A stretch of DNA of 63,730 nucleotides, the filler included, from Lama guanicoe (Eukaryota), in NCBI GenBank assembly GCA_013239625.1. It is 187 parts of 187 records of this genome, joined end to end, with 100 filler letters (N's around TTAATTAATTAA, not from the genome) between each part and the next. Parts side by side here need not be neighbours in the genome. Positions count along the whole stretch, not along the records: positions 50,152 to 50,393 come from PNXV01046647.1; positions 50,494 to 50,735 come from PNXV01046648.1; positions 50,836 to 51,077 come from PNXV01046649.1; positions 51,178 to 51,419 come from PNXV01046650.1; positions 51,520 to 51,760 come from PNXV01046651.1; positions 51,861 to 52,102 come from PNXV01046652.1; positions 52,203 to 52,444 come from PNXV01046653.1; positions 52,545 to 52,786 come from PNXV01046654.1; 179 more parts are not named here. One strand, given 5' to 3'. The notes under the pieces are model-generated. The model was not told the DNA's origin. It worked only from the letters and a program-made list of their open reading frames with translations, and did no database searches. Below, in pieces: positions 50,052 to 61,678 of the stretch. How positions within the stretch are numbered: position 1 is the stretch's first letter; every line of letters begins with the position of its first letter. Position numbers and translations under genes: made by a program.

Positions 50052-51519
50052 NNNNNNNNNNNNNNNNNNNNNNNNNNNNNNNNNNNNNNNNNNNNTTAAT
50101 TAATTAANNNNNNNNNNNNNNNNNNNNNNNNNNNNNNNNNNNNNNNNNNNNACCAGTAGGAAGTTTTCTCCTCACCTCACCCCTCGGCCCACAGCAAATA
50201 AACACTGTTCAGACATGATCTGTGGTGCTGCAGCAGAAGGACAACTCCCTAGCACACCGTGTTGCAGGCCTGGAGACTCGGGAGGGACATAAATACATAA
50301 ACTGTCTTCTTCCAGTTCTGCACATGTCACTAATGAAAAAGGCGTGTGCTTGAAATTCAGGTTTTATGATGAAAAGTTGTATTATCATTGGGTNNNNNNN
50401 NNNNNNNNNNNNNNNNNNNNNNNNNNNNNNNNNNNNNTTAATTAATTAANNNNNNNNNNNNNNNNNNNNNNNNNNNNNNNNNNNNNNNNNNNNAAGGATC
50501 TGCTTTGTATGAGGCTTTCTTCGGGGAGAGGGTGTGTAACCCTTTGGATGGTGGCCCACGTGAGTGAATGAAGGGCCTTCACTGCTTGCCCTCCTGCCAG
50601 CCTTCCCCAGACTCCCTGTTCATTGTGTGTGGCAGAGGCGGATTGGGGGAATTAGAGGGATTGGAGGAGAATCTGCCTCTTGTACTTGAGCGTTTCACTT
50701 GGATCTCCCTCGCCCCCTTTTTCTTTTCTTTTCTTNNNNNNNNNNNNNNNNNNNNNNNNNNNNNNNNNNNNNNNNNNNNTTAATTAATTAANNNNNNNNN
50801 NNNNNNNNNNNNNNNNNNNNNNNNNNNNNNNNNNNAATACCTACTTGCTATCTCATTACTTCCTTGAGAAAAGAGGCTTGAAGTACGGACCTTTAAATGT
50901 AGAAAACCAAAGTCAACATTATTTCAATCAAACTCAAGAGAAAAAAAAAAACTATATGATAGAGTGACTCTTCATTATATAAGTTGGGGAGTCTGGCACC
51001 TTAGAACTTACCCTGCCAACCCCTAATTCATCACAATTCACAGTCAATCTATCAAAATTCTCATTTTTTTGCTAAAANNNNNNNNNNNNNNNNNNNNNNN
51101 NNNNNNNNNNNNNNNNNNNNNTTAATTAATTAANNNNNNNNNNNNNNNNNNNNNNNNNNNNNNNNNNNNNNNNNNNNCTGACAAGCAGGCATTTGAGCCA
51201 AGACCTGAAGGAAGGAGGGAGACCACGGAGGGTCTCCCCAGGGAGGATTCAACGCAGAGGGAAGAGCTAATGCCAGGCCCTGGGGAAGGACATTCTCAAG
51301 AAAGTAATGGACAACCCACAGAATGAGAGAATTTTTTTCCAAATCATATTTCTGAAAAGAGCATTTTATCTAGAATACATAATTGCTAATACATATTGCT
51401 CCAAAGAAGATATACAAATNNNNNNNNNNNNNNNNNNNNNNNNNNNNNNNNNNNNNNNNNNNNTTAATTAATTAANNNNNNNNNNNNNNNNNNNNNNNNN
51501 NNNNNNNNNNNNNNNNNNN

Positions 51520-51760
51520 GTGATTCAGTTACACATATATATATTATTTTTTAGATTATTTTCCATCATAGATACCGAATATAGTTCCCTCTGCTATACA
51601 GTATGACCTTGCTGTTTATCTATTTTATATATGGTAGTGTGTATATGTTAATTCCAAACTCCTAATTTATCCTCCCCATGCCTTTCCCCTTTGGTAACCA
51701 TAAGTTTGTTTTCTGTGTCTGTGACACTATTTCTGGTTTGTAAATAAGTTCACTTGTATC
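51520..51760 (-). mobile_element. L1 3' UTR (artiodactyl-type)
   Basis: gaatatagttccctctgctatacagta...ttcccctttggtaaccataagtttgttttct. Confidence 0.85.
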
Positions 51761-51860
51761 NNNNNNNNNNNNNNNNNNNNNNNNNNNNNNNNNNNNNNNN
51801 NNNNTTAATTAATTAANNNNNNNNNNNNNNNNNNNNNNNNNNNNNNNNNNNNNNNNNNNN

Positions 51861-52102
51861 TTTCTAATTTCACACTGTTATTGTCGGAAAAGGTGCCTGG
51901 TGTGATGTCAGTCTTCTTAAATTTATTGAGACTTGTTTTATGACTGAACATGTGATGTACCCGATAGAATGGTCCATGTGCACTTGAAAAATGGTATATT
52001 CTGCTGTTTTGATTAAATCTTCTGTATATATCAAGTGCATCTGATCTCACTTATCATTTAAGGTCAGTGTTTCCTTATTGACTTATTTCTGAATGATCCA
52101 TT
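51861..52102 (-). mobile_element. L1 ORF2 endonuclease-domain fragment
   Basis: The minus frame DIYRRF...FSSAHGPFYRVHHMFSHKTSLNKFKKTDITPGTFSDNNSVKLE resembles the L1 EN C-terminus (SDH motif region). Confidence 0.9.
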
Positions 52103-52886
52103 NNNNNNNNNNNNNNNNNNNNNNNNNNNNNNNNNNNNNNNNNNNNTTAATTAATTAANNNNNNNNNNNNNNNNNNNNNNNNNNNNNNNNNNNNNNNNNN
52201 NNGTCAGAGAGTAAAAGAGGTAACAGACACAAGATCATGCTACCTTGATGGGATTTGGATTTTATTTAGGGTACAACTGGTCACCAGTGAAAAGTTTTAA
52301 GTAGCTGAGAAACATGATCTGATCTGAGATTTTCAGAGATCATTCATCTGGAGACCATGTAGAAAGAAATTAGAGAAGAATGAAAGTGGAGAAACCAGTT
52401 AGAAGCTCTTCTAGTAATCCAGGTAGGAAGTGATGATGGATGGTNNNNNNNNNNNNNNNNNNNNNNNNNNNNNNNNNNNNNNNNNNNNTTAATTAATTAA
52501 NNNNNNNNNNNNNNNNNNNNNNNNNNNNNNNNNNNNNNNNNNNNAGGAGCAAGCTCAGCTTCTGCTAGTGGAGGGTCATCAGGGAGGAATGCAAGTGCAG
52601 GTGATGGAGGTGACACTTCCGGTGTGGAGGAAACGACTTTGTCCCCGGCAGCTGGAGGTGGGGGGATTCAGGGCAGCCATTGGAGCATTTGTGGCAAACA
52701 CACAGCCATGTCCCCATCCTGCTTGTGGGGAGTCACGTTTTCTTTTAGAATTTAGAAGCCCAGAATTGCAGAAAGGAAACAAACAANNNNNNNNNNNNNN
52801 NNNNNNNNNNNNNNNNNNNNNNNNNNNNNNTTAATTAATTAANNNNNNNNNNNNNNNNNNNNNNNNNNNNNNNNNNNNNNNNNNNN

Positions 52887-53128
52887 GGAAATCATTTTAC
52901 TTTGTTATAAAAAGATGTAACTCATGAACAGCCAGGTGTACAAGATGCACAGGGCAAGATATGTGGGAAGGGACGCAGAGTTTACCTGCCCTCTCCAGGT
53001 GCGCCACCCTCCTAGCACCTGCTTCAGCAGCTCGGAAGATCCACCCCAGTCCTTTTGGGTTTTTATAGAGATGCCATTGTATAGGCAGAATGATTAAATC
53101 ATTGACTTTGTTGATTAAGCTCCGTCTC
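52887..53128 (-). mobile_element. MER21-like ERV LTR fragment
   Basis: atgaacagccagg...gatgcacagggcaagatatgtgggaagg...ccctctccaggtgcgccaccctcc. Confidence 0.65.
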
Positions 53129-53344
53129 NNNNNNNNNNNNNNNNNNNNNNNNNNNNNNNNNNNNNNNNNNNNTTAATTAATTAANNNNNNNNNNNNNNNN
53201 NNNNNNNNNNNNNNNNNNNNNNNNNNNNTCAAACTTTCTTCCACTCCCATTCTCTCTCGTATTCCTCTTAGTCCTCTCTCCTCACTTATCTTTTACTACT
53301 GTGTCTTCCTCCCTCCCTCCCTCTCTCCCTGCCCCCTCCACCTC

Positions 53345-53390
53345 TCTGTCTCTCTCTCACACACACACACAGACACACACACACACACAC
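53345..53390 (+). repeat. Compound (TC)n(CA)n microsatellite
   Basis: tctgtctctctctcacacacacacacagacacacacacacacacac. Confidence 0.9.
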
Positions 53391-53570
53391 AAAGTTGCAT
53401 CTTTGGGTTTCCAACACAGACGGCAAATAAATGACCTCCAAAATTAATAACATCAAGTAAAATTAATTCCNNNNNNNNNNNNNNNNNNNNNNNNNNNNNN
53501 NNNNNNNNNNNNNNTTAATTAATTAANNNNNNNNNNNNNNNNNNNNNNNNNNNNNNNNNNNNNNNNNNNN

Positions 53571-53812
53571 AACAAAAACTACACCAAAATGGATCAAAGA
53601 CCTACATGTAAGACTGAAACCCTAAAATTCTTAGAAGAAACAGAGGAATAAATCTTCATGACCTTAGATTTTGCAATGGATCTGTAGATATTACAATAAA
53701 AGCACATGCCACAAAAGAAAACATAAACAAACTGCGTTTTATTAAAATAAAAACAAGTAAATGTTGTGCATCAAAGGACACTATCAAGTAATTGAAAAGA
53801 CAATCTACAGAA
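53571..53812 (+). mobile_element. L1 ORF2 3' fragment
   Basis: aaatggatcaaagacctacatgtaaga...ttagaagaaa...tgtgcatcaaaggacactatcaag. Confidence 0.88.
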
Positions 53813-53912
53813 NNNNNNNNNNNNNNNNNNNNNNNNNNNNNNNNNNNNNNNNNNNNTTAATTAATTAANNNNNNNNNNNNNNNNNNNNNNNNNNNNNNNN
53901 NNNNNNNNNNNN

Positions 53913-54097
53913 TTTTTTTTTTTTGTATAAAAGGAGCCTATATTCTGACTGGAGCAGGATGATTCTGCAAAACCTTAGTCTGCCATCTCAGTCTGCTGGC
54001 TTTCCAAATAAAATCGCTATTTCTTGCCCCAACAACTCATCTCCTGATTTACTGGCCTGTTGTGCAGTGAGCAGGATGATCTTTGAAGTCAGTAACA
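53913..54097 (+). mobile_element. ERV1 LTR 3' part (MER41-like)
   Basis: TATAAAA box, ttagtctgccatctcagtctgctggctttcc, AATAAA and a terminal gtaaca. Confidence 0.7.
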
Positions 54098-56306
54098 TAG
54101 TAATGACCCAGTTCTAGGATTCAGAAGCATTTGCAAGTGTAGTGTCCAATTTCTNNNNNNNNNNNNNNNNNNNNNNNNNNNNNNNNNNNNNNNNNNNNTT
54201 AATTAATTAANNNNNNNNNNNNNNNNNNNNNNNNNNNNNNNNNNNNNNNNNNNNTAGAGAAACCATCCTGGTTCCCTAAGACTAGGTTAGGTCCCTCTGT
54301 GGTAATCTTCCATAGAAGTAGTTACTTCTACTCTATAGCTCCTGTCACTCGCAATCATTTTGTCAGAATATGTCTTCTCCAAAAGGCTGTCACCTCCAGG
54401 GACAGGAATCATTTCTGCCTTGCTCACTGCTTTGTCTGCAACCTGTGTGCCATGTGTCTGTACTCTATCTGTATTTGAATGAAATAGCAGAACAAANNNN
54501 NNNNNNNNNNNNNNNNNNNNNNNNNNNNNNNNNNNNNNNNTTAATTAATTAANNNNNNNNNNNNNNNNNNNNNNNNNNNNNNNNNNNNNNNNNNNNCTGG
54601 ACGGTGACGCCCCGGGGGATCCAGCTCCGTCCTCTGCTGTCACTTAGCAATGACAACCTGGAGCCCGAGGGGAAAGGAGCAGAGCGTGGCTCCACCACCT
54701 CCTCCCTAGGAGGCAAGGAGCAGTCCCACGAGACACCGAGAGACCCCAGGCACAGCCGCGGGCCAGAGCAAGCAGCCCGGCCCTCCAACAGTGCTTTATT
54801 TTATAGACAACCAGCAGAACGCGGACAGGACTTGATGGNNNNNNNNNNNNNNNNNNNNNNNNNNNNNNNNNNNNNNNNNNNNTTAATTAATTAANNNNNN
54901 NNNNNNNNNNNNNNNNNNNNNNNNNNNNNNNNNNNNNNAATAAATACATTTAAAAGCAAATCATTTAATTGACACCTCCTACACACTGTTCCAAATGTGG
55001 GAGAACTATATGTTAGACAGAACGGTCGACACATCTTGCGGGGGTACCTGCCCAGCCCTCAATGATTCTCTGAGAGCTGCCACATGCAAGCCACAGGGGG
55101 CCGGGTGAGTTCTTCGAGTCATGTTCTGTTATACTAGCTCATGTATAAAGTTCATGGAAACAGAGATTGCTGCCTGACCCNNNNNNNNNNNNNNNNNNNN
55201 NNNNNNNNNNNNNNNNNNNNNNNNTTAATTAATTAANNNNNNNNNNNNNNNNNNNNNNNNNNNNNNNNNNNNNNNNNNNNTATTTCATTTCATGCAGGAA
55301 AACTGAAAAGATCTGGAGCTTCCATACCCCAGTTGCTATCTGGCACGCCCTGACTTCCTTGTTACTCTGTTAAGGAGCCCGAAATGCACTGAAAACGTGC
55401 AGATCGCTTTTATAAAAGGGGTGGAAGACGTGACTGCTGTTTGACAGAGCTGCTGAGACATCCCACTGCTCGTCTGCCTGAAAGAGAAGCACAGAGGCTG
55501 TACCGTCTACCTGAGCCGCCCTNNNNNNNNNNNNNNNNNNNNNNNNNNNNNNNNNNNNNNNNNNNNTTAATTAATTAANNNNNNNNNNNNNNNNNNNNNN
55601 NNNNNNNNNNNNNNNNNNNNNNCTTTAGCGGATGCAGAAGAGGTGGGATGGGTCCACACACAGAACAGGTTTGATTGAATTTACAGTCCTGTATGTTTCT
55701 GGTGATGCTGTCACGGTGCTTAGATCTACTATAAACACGTTAGTTTGAACACAGAGACAGAAATTCTAATCTAAGCAGCATCACGAGGAAATAATGCATT
55801 TAGCACCCAGGTGTATGTGGCACCAGCTAAGCTCATCTGGAAGAGAGATCTTGACCTTCCACAANNNNNNNNNNNNNNNNNNNNNNNNNNNNNNNNNNNN
55901 NNNNNNNNTTAATTAATTAANNNNNNNNNNNNNNNNNNNNNNNNNNNNNNNNNNNNNNNNNNNNGATGCAGTCTCATACACCAGCCTAGAAGAACCTGAC
56001 ATCATGTTTCTAATGCTCAACAATTTAACAAACACCTTGGAGGAGTTATGTTGGTTTTTACAGTCTTTTATGAAGTTGTTTAAAGCCTTTCTGACATCAC
56101 AACTAAAAAAGTTTTCGAGCATTAATTAAAGTTATGATTTACCAGGTTTAAAGAAACGTTTCCCATTCTTAATCACTTTCCCACCTTTAACATCCCCCTT
56201 TCCTACNNNNNNNNNNNNNNNNNNNNNNNNNNNNNNNNNNNNNNNNNNNNTTAATTAATTAANNNNNNNNNNNNNNNNNNNNNNNNNNNNNNNNNNNNNN
56301 NNNNNN

Positions 56307-56515
56307 TGGGCTCGGGGAGATGATGCAGACTTGGGGAGATGATGTGGGCTTGGGGAGATGTGGGCTTGGATAGATGATGCAGGCTTGGGACATGATGTCG
56401 GCTTGGGGAGATGACGTGGGCTTGGGGAGATGATGTAGACTCGGGGAGTTGTGGGTTCAGAGAGATGTCTTAGGCCAGGGGAGATGATGAGGTCTTGGGG
56501 AGATGACGTGAGCTC
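56307..56515 (+). repeat. ~19-bp G-rich minisatellite (GGGCTTGGGGAGATGATGT), ~11 copies
   Basis: Repeated gggcttggggagatgatgt units with short deletions. Confidence 0.9.
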
Positions 56516-57039
56516 GCAGACTTTTTTCTGGTTTGTGGACATGACTTGNNNNNNNNNNNNNNNNNNNNNNNNNNNNNNNNNNNNNNNNNNNNTTAATTAA
56601 TTAANNNNNNNNNNNNNNNNNNNNNNNNNNNNNNNNNNNNNNNNNNNNTGTTGACATTTTCAGTTCAGCCCTCAGTAGGTTTTTAAAAGTGTCCTCAGCT
56701 TCAGTGTTTTTGCCCGTCTAGTCAATCCTGGTCACCGTAACTGGGTTGCAACACATTTGCTTTTCCCACAAGTCACTTTATGCAGGAGTATCAGGGCCAG
56801 CGGCAGGGCTTCCTACACACGTACGAGCCTCTCTCGCAGGTTCCCTCCGGGGTGGCACAAACAGCAGTGGAGGATGGCTTGGTGACACTCNNNNNNNNNN
56901 NNNNNNNNNNNNNNNNNNNNNNNNNNNNNNNNNNTTAATTAATTAANNNNNNNNNNNNNNNNNNNNNNNNNNNNNNNNNNNNNNNNNNNNGCCCTGCCTG
57001 TGGGTCCTGTTGGTCTTTTCATGGGGCTTCCCACCTCCA

Positions 57040-57218
57040 TATAATAGCAATGAGGAAGTTGGAGAGAGTGTGAGAAGTACTTAAATGTTCCCCAGAGATA
57101 CAAAGTGAGCAAATGCTGTTGGAAAAATGGTGCCAGTAGATTTGTTCCAGTCGGGGTTGCCACAGTCCTTCAGTTTGTGAAAAATGGAGATGAAGCTCAG
57201 TAAGGCAAGGTCTGGCTA
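57040..57218 (-). mobile_element. Tigger1 terminal fragment
   Basis: aagtgagcaaatgctgttggaaaaatggtgcc...ggggttgccacagtccttcagtttgt. Confidence 0.75.
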
Positions 57219-57674
57219 CTAGTGAACCCTTTNNNNNNNNNNNNNNNNNNNNNNNNNNNNNNNNNNNNNNNNNNNNTTAATTAATTAANNNNNNNNNNNN
57301 NNNNNNNNNNNNNNNNNNNNNNNNNNNNNNNNGATAACTCTTCCCTAACCAAGAGCCTTCACATGCTTTGAAGGGATTTCTCTCTTCTCACTGCAGTGGA
57401 TGTCACTGATTTAGCTGATTTTGGATTTTTTAGCTCAATTCTCTTCGTGATTTCTCATCGGGCACCTTAGGGTTCGGGCATGGATGCAAATTAGATCATC
57501 TGTTCGTTCACACAGCTCTGCTGTATGCTGCTCACCATGGCTCCAGGAACTGGGGCAGGAGTCTTCTGCTGGCANNNNNNNNNNNNNNNNNNNNNNNNNN
57601 NNNNNNNNNNNNNNNNNNTTAATTAATTAANNNNNNNNNNNNNNNNNNNNNNNNNNNNNNNNNNNNNNNNNNNN

Positions 57675-57916
57675 CTTTCATTCTCTCACAACTATACGGT
57701 GGGAGTTTTCCAGAATCTACATGCCATGTGATTATGTTTATATATCAATGGCTAATAGAATGAGTACTTGAATTTTACAACTTTTTGTTTTGACTCCTAA
57801 CTTATCAATAGATAAACCACACATAAACAAAAGTTACTTAGTATGCCTAATAATTATTATAATGTATACTTTATATCACATAAAATTATACAGAATAAAG
57901 AAGTCCTGAAATCCAA
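57675..57916 (+). mobile_element. hAT-Charlie1-like fragment
   Basis: ttctctcac...ggagttttccaga..ctacatg and cacataaacaaaag...gtcctgaaatccaa. Confidence 0.6.
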
Positions 57917-58194
57917 NNNNNNNNNNNNNNNNNNNNNNNNNNNNNNNNNNNNNNNNNNNNTTAATTAATTAANNNNNNNNNNNNNNNNNNNNNNNNNNNN
58001 NNNNNNNNNNNNNNNNGTGCCGCCGGGAAAGCTTCCTTGCAGAGACTCGGGCGTGGCCTCTGGCCTAAGGTGACGGCATGAACAACGTTCATTTTCGTCT
58101 CCTGTGTTTCATCATCGCTTGTGAGCTGCTGTTTCCCTGCGGGGTTTGAGATACGGGTTTGCTTTGTTGTATTTCAGCTGATACTTGAGTTCTT

Positions 58195-58258
58195 TTTTAA
58201 TTAGTATTTATTTTGGGGGAGAGTAATTAGGTTTCTATTCGTTTTATTTTTTTTAATG
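58195..58258 (-). mobile_element. Camelid vic-1-type SINE tail
   Basis: tttatttt-ggggga-gagtaattaggttt...ttttttaatg is the reverse complement of the SINE 3' end. Confidence 0.55.
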
Positions 58259-59384
58259 NNNNNNNNNNNNNNNNNNNNNNNNNNNNNNNNNNNNNNNNNN
58301 NNTTAATTAATTAANNNNNNNNNNNNNNNNNNNNNNNNNNNNNNNNNNNNNNNNNNNNTGCTTGTAGCCTAGTAGGGGCCAGAGTACAGGGAGACAGGAG
58401 AGGATAAGGGGTCATAGAGCCGGGAAGATCTGAAGCAAAAGTGGGAACTTCGATGTTTGGGACAATAAACCAGTCCTTCTGGGATCACTCTTTTTGCTTG
58501 AAATATTGTAATTCCACAAAACACACTCCCCTGAAGCAGGCATAAATGCTCTTACTACCCACCGTGTTCTCTGCCCCAGGAGGGCAGGCAATTATGCAGG
58601 NNNNNNNNNNNNNNNNNNNNNNNNNNNNNNNNNNNNNNNNNNNNTTAATTAATTAANNNNNNNNNNNNNNNNNNNNNNNNNNNNNNNNNNNNNNNNNNNN
58701 GGGTGGGCAGGGAGCTGGGCGACCAGGAGCCAGCCTGGGGGGACCCACCCGGTGGCCTCCCGCAGACGTGGGGATGACCGACTTCAAGCACTGCGGCCAC
58801 TCAATTACAAGCGGTCTTTTTATGCACCTTGTATTATCTTTTCATGGAGCTACTCTGTAAACAGTGGTTATAAATTACAGCAGTCTTTTCTCAGCCCAGT
58901 CTACCAAACGTCGTTCTGTTCTTCCTCTGAATGAGCGAAGGCNNNNNNNNNNNNNNNNNNNNNNNNNNNNNNNNNNNNNNNNNNNNTTAATTAATTAANN
59001 NNNNNNNNNNNNNNNNNNNNNNNNNNNNNNNNNNNNNNNNNNTTTTTTAATTTTTAAGATTGTCTCTTTTGCTAAATAATTGTAGAATATTAAATTACTT
59101 TTGTTTCAATTATAGCATTGAATTACAATTTAAAACAAAACTACCCCCTTTGGGATTTCTTAAATTGCATTGATTATTTTAATATTTTATTTCATAAATA
59201 TTAACCATTTTTTCATAATCATACCATATAAACACATATTTATTCTTCTCATGTTTTGAATATAGAGCAACATATTCTAAAGTANNNNNNNNNNNNNNNN
59301 NNNNNNNNNNNNNNNNNNNNNNNNNNNNTTAATTAATTAANNNNNNNNNNNNNNNNNNNNNNNNNNNNNNNNNNNNNNNNNNNN

Positions 59385-59626
59385 TCTGTAACCTCCACTG
59401 TAATCAGAGTGGAGGGCGGCTTCATCACCCCCAGACGCCCCAGGTCTGCCCCTTTGTGGCCACTGCCCCCACACCCGCCGGCAGCCCCTGACCTGCTCCG
59501 GTCCTTCTGGTCTGCTCCTCCGGGAAGATGGCACCCGTGAATCCCACGGCGAGACCGCATCTCTCCCGCAGCGTCACGCTTCGGAGGCGCACCCGTGTTG
59601 TACGTGGGTCAATATTCACCCATTTT
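59385..59626 (-). mobile_element. Ancient L1M 3' UTR relic with strongly raised GC/CpG content
   Basis: Collinear motifs gtaacctccac, catcacccc, tgcccctttgt, ggcagcccctgacctg and cccgtgttgt. Confidence 0.6.
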
Positions 59627-60752
59627 NNNNNNNNNNNNNNNNNNNNNNNNNNNNNNNNNNNNNNNNNNNNTTAATTAATTAANNNNNNNNNNNNNNNNNN
59701 NNNNNNNNNNNNNNNNNNNNNNNNNNGGGGTCCCTGGGCCACGCTGGGTGTCACGCCTGCTGTGCTCCATTTCCCTTGTGTCCCTGGCCAGGGAGCGGCC
59801 TCTCAGGAGGGACATGGCTTCTCCCATTTCTCCAGGACGTGCAGTGGGGCTCAGACGTGTTAGCAGGAGTGCGGCGAGGAGCTCGGGAGAGGGCCTGCTC
59901 CCCCTCCCCACGGCGCCGTTGGGGTCCTGGGGACTCTGGGGCGTGCGGAGGAGCAGAAGGGAGCCGTCNNNNNNNNNNNNNNNNNNNNNNNNNNNNNNNN
60001 NNNNNNNNNNNNTTAATTAATTAANNNNNNNNNNNNNNNNNNNNNNNNNNNNNNNNNNNNNNNNNNNNCCACTGTATTGAGCATACGTGGCCTTTTGAGC
60101 TGTGTTATTAGGGTCTACACTTCCATTTGTCAGAAAGCACCCAAAGCAAAGAGATTGTGACAATCACAGCTGTGCTTTCACGTTTTATATTATGGTACCT
60201 GTGAGTCATCGGTCACTGAGTTGGGGATAGTAATTGAGCTCTCCTTTAGAGGGAGCCTGAGTAAACTTCCCTCATCGTCCCACTGTGTGGACAGTGCTGG
60301 ACTAGGTGTCNNNNNNNNNNNNNNNNNNNNNNNNNNNNNNNNNNNNNNNNNNNNTTAATTAATTAANNNNNNNNNNNNNNNNNNNNNNNNNNNNNNNNNN
60401 NNNNNNNNNNAACATTAGAGCAGTAGGTTGCCAGATTCCTTAAAAATGTTATCTTTAAACAGAATCTTTAAGATCACCAGTCAACCACGAGAAAAAATTG
60501 CATGTACCTTTTGGGGGGAAGCATATTTTAAAACTCATATAAAAGCATGATGAGTATGAGATGGATTTTTGGAATTATTTTGGTTTGTGTTGGGGAAGGT
60601 TGTATTATAGTTAATACATTTACTCTTTTTGAGGGGAAAAGCAGATCATTATNNNNNNNNNNNNNNNNNNNNNNNNNNNNNNNNNNNNNNNNNNNNTTAA
60701 TTAATTAANNNNNNNNNNNNNNNNNNNNNNNNNNNNNNNNNNNNNNNNNNNN

Positions 60753-60994
60753 TGAAGAAAACATTTCAGGATTTGCGAGTAGAGCACATACAATTCTCAC
60801 TTACATGAGGGAAAACTCAAGACTTTCCGATAAATTCCTGTTTCATTAACACAGAACCTGAGGCTTGGAAATCACGCAGCTAGTCAAGGGCAGAGTCAGA
60901 TTCAGGTCTTTTGTCTGTTATCACACAGTGTTTCCACTCCTCTGACCTAAAATGAAACATTCAGTTGAAAGAGTAAGAGCGTTTTTAATTCTAA
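60753..60994. other. Bubble-arm (haplotype) contig; near-duplicate of 61437-61678
   Basis: Identical 49-nt ends and 5 internal substitutions. Contains MIR-like sequence. Confidence 0.9.
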
Positions 60995-61151
60995 NNNNNN
61001 NNNNNNNNNNNNNNNNNNNNNNNNNNNNNNNNNNNNNNTTAATTAATTAANNNNNNNNNNNNNNNNNNNNNNNNNNNNNNNNNNNNNNNNNNNNTTTTTT
61101 CCACTGTAACTTTCCATATCCTTTATTCTTTCACAACCTGAAGATCTTTAC

Positions 61152-61321
61152 CTTCAGGAGCTTCTGTTTGGGGCGCATTGGATGTGGGAGGAGGTTGGGG
61201 AGGCCCTTGGGCCCGGTGAAACTTCAAGTCCAGCTTTCCACCGCTCTTATTCCCATTCTGGAAAGATGTGGTAGGTAGTTCTCCTCCGGGCCTGTGTCTT
61301 TGAGCTGCCAGTTCAATCAGT
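61152..61321 (-). CDS. Candidate 170-bp exon, gene unidentified
   Basis: Minus strand catttcag|A CTG ATT GAA...CCT GAA G|gtaaag. The open frame reads LIELAAQRHRPGGELPTTSFQNGNKSGGKLDLKFHRAQGPPQPPPTSNAPQTEAPE. Confidence 0.3.
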
Positions 61322-61436
61322 CTGAAATGACCCAGTNNNNNNNNNNNNNNNNNNNNNNNNNNNNNNNNNNNNNNNNNNNNTTAATTAATTAANNNNNNNN
61401 NNNNNNNNNNNNNNNNNNNNNNNNNNNNNNNNNNNN

Positions 61437-61678
61437 TGAAGAAAACATTTCAGGATTTGCGAGTAGAGCACATACAATTCTCACTCACATGAGGGAAAAC
61501 TCAAGACTTTCCGATAAATTCCTGTTTCATTAACAGAGAACCTGAGGCTTGGAAATCACACAGCTAGTCAAGGGCAGAGTCAGATTCAGGTCTTTTATCT
61601 GTTATCACACAGTGTTTCCACTCCTCTGGCCTAAAATGAAACATTCAGTTGAAAGAGTAAGAGCGTTTTTAATTCTAA
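61437..61678. other. Bubble-arm (haplotype) contig; near-duplicate of 60753-60994
   Basis: See partner contig. Confidence 0.9.

Noticed and set aside
50494..50559. Possible exon 3' end GSALYEAFFGERVCNPLDGGP|gtgagt
   Set aside because: A donor-like site is present, but the peptide is too short and not recognised.
57484..57574. Octamer ATGCAAAT followed by CTCACCATGG, suggesting an Ig heavy-chain V (VHH) promoter and leader
   Set aside because: The octamer-ATG spacing is only about 50 bp with no TATA box, and the peptide MAPGTGAGVFCW is not an Ig leader. A few octamers are expected by chance in 45 kb.
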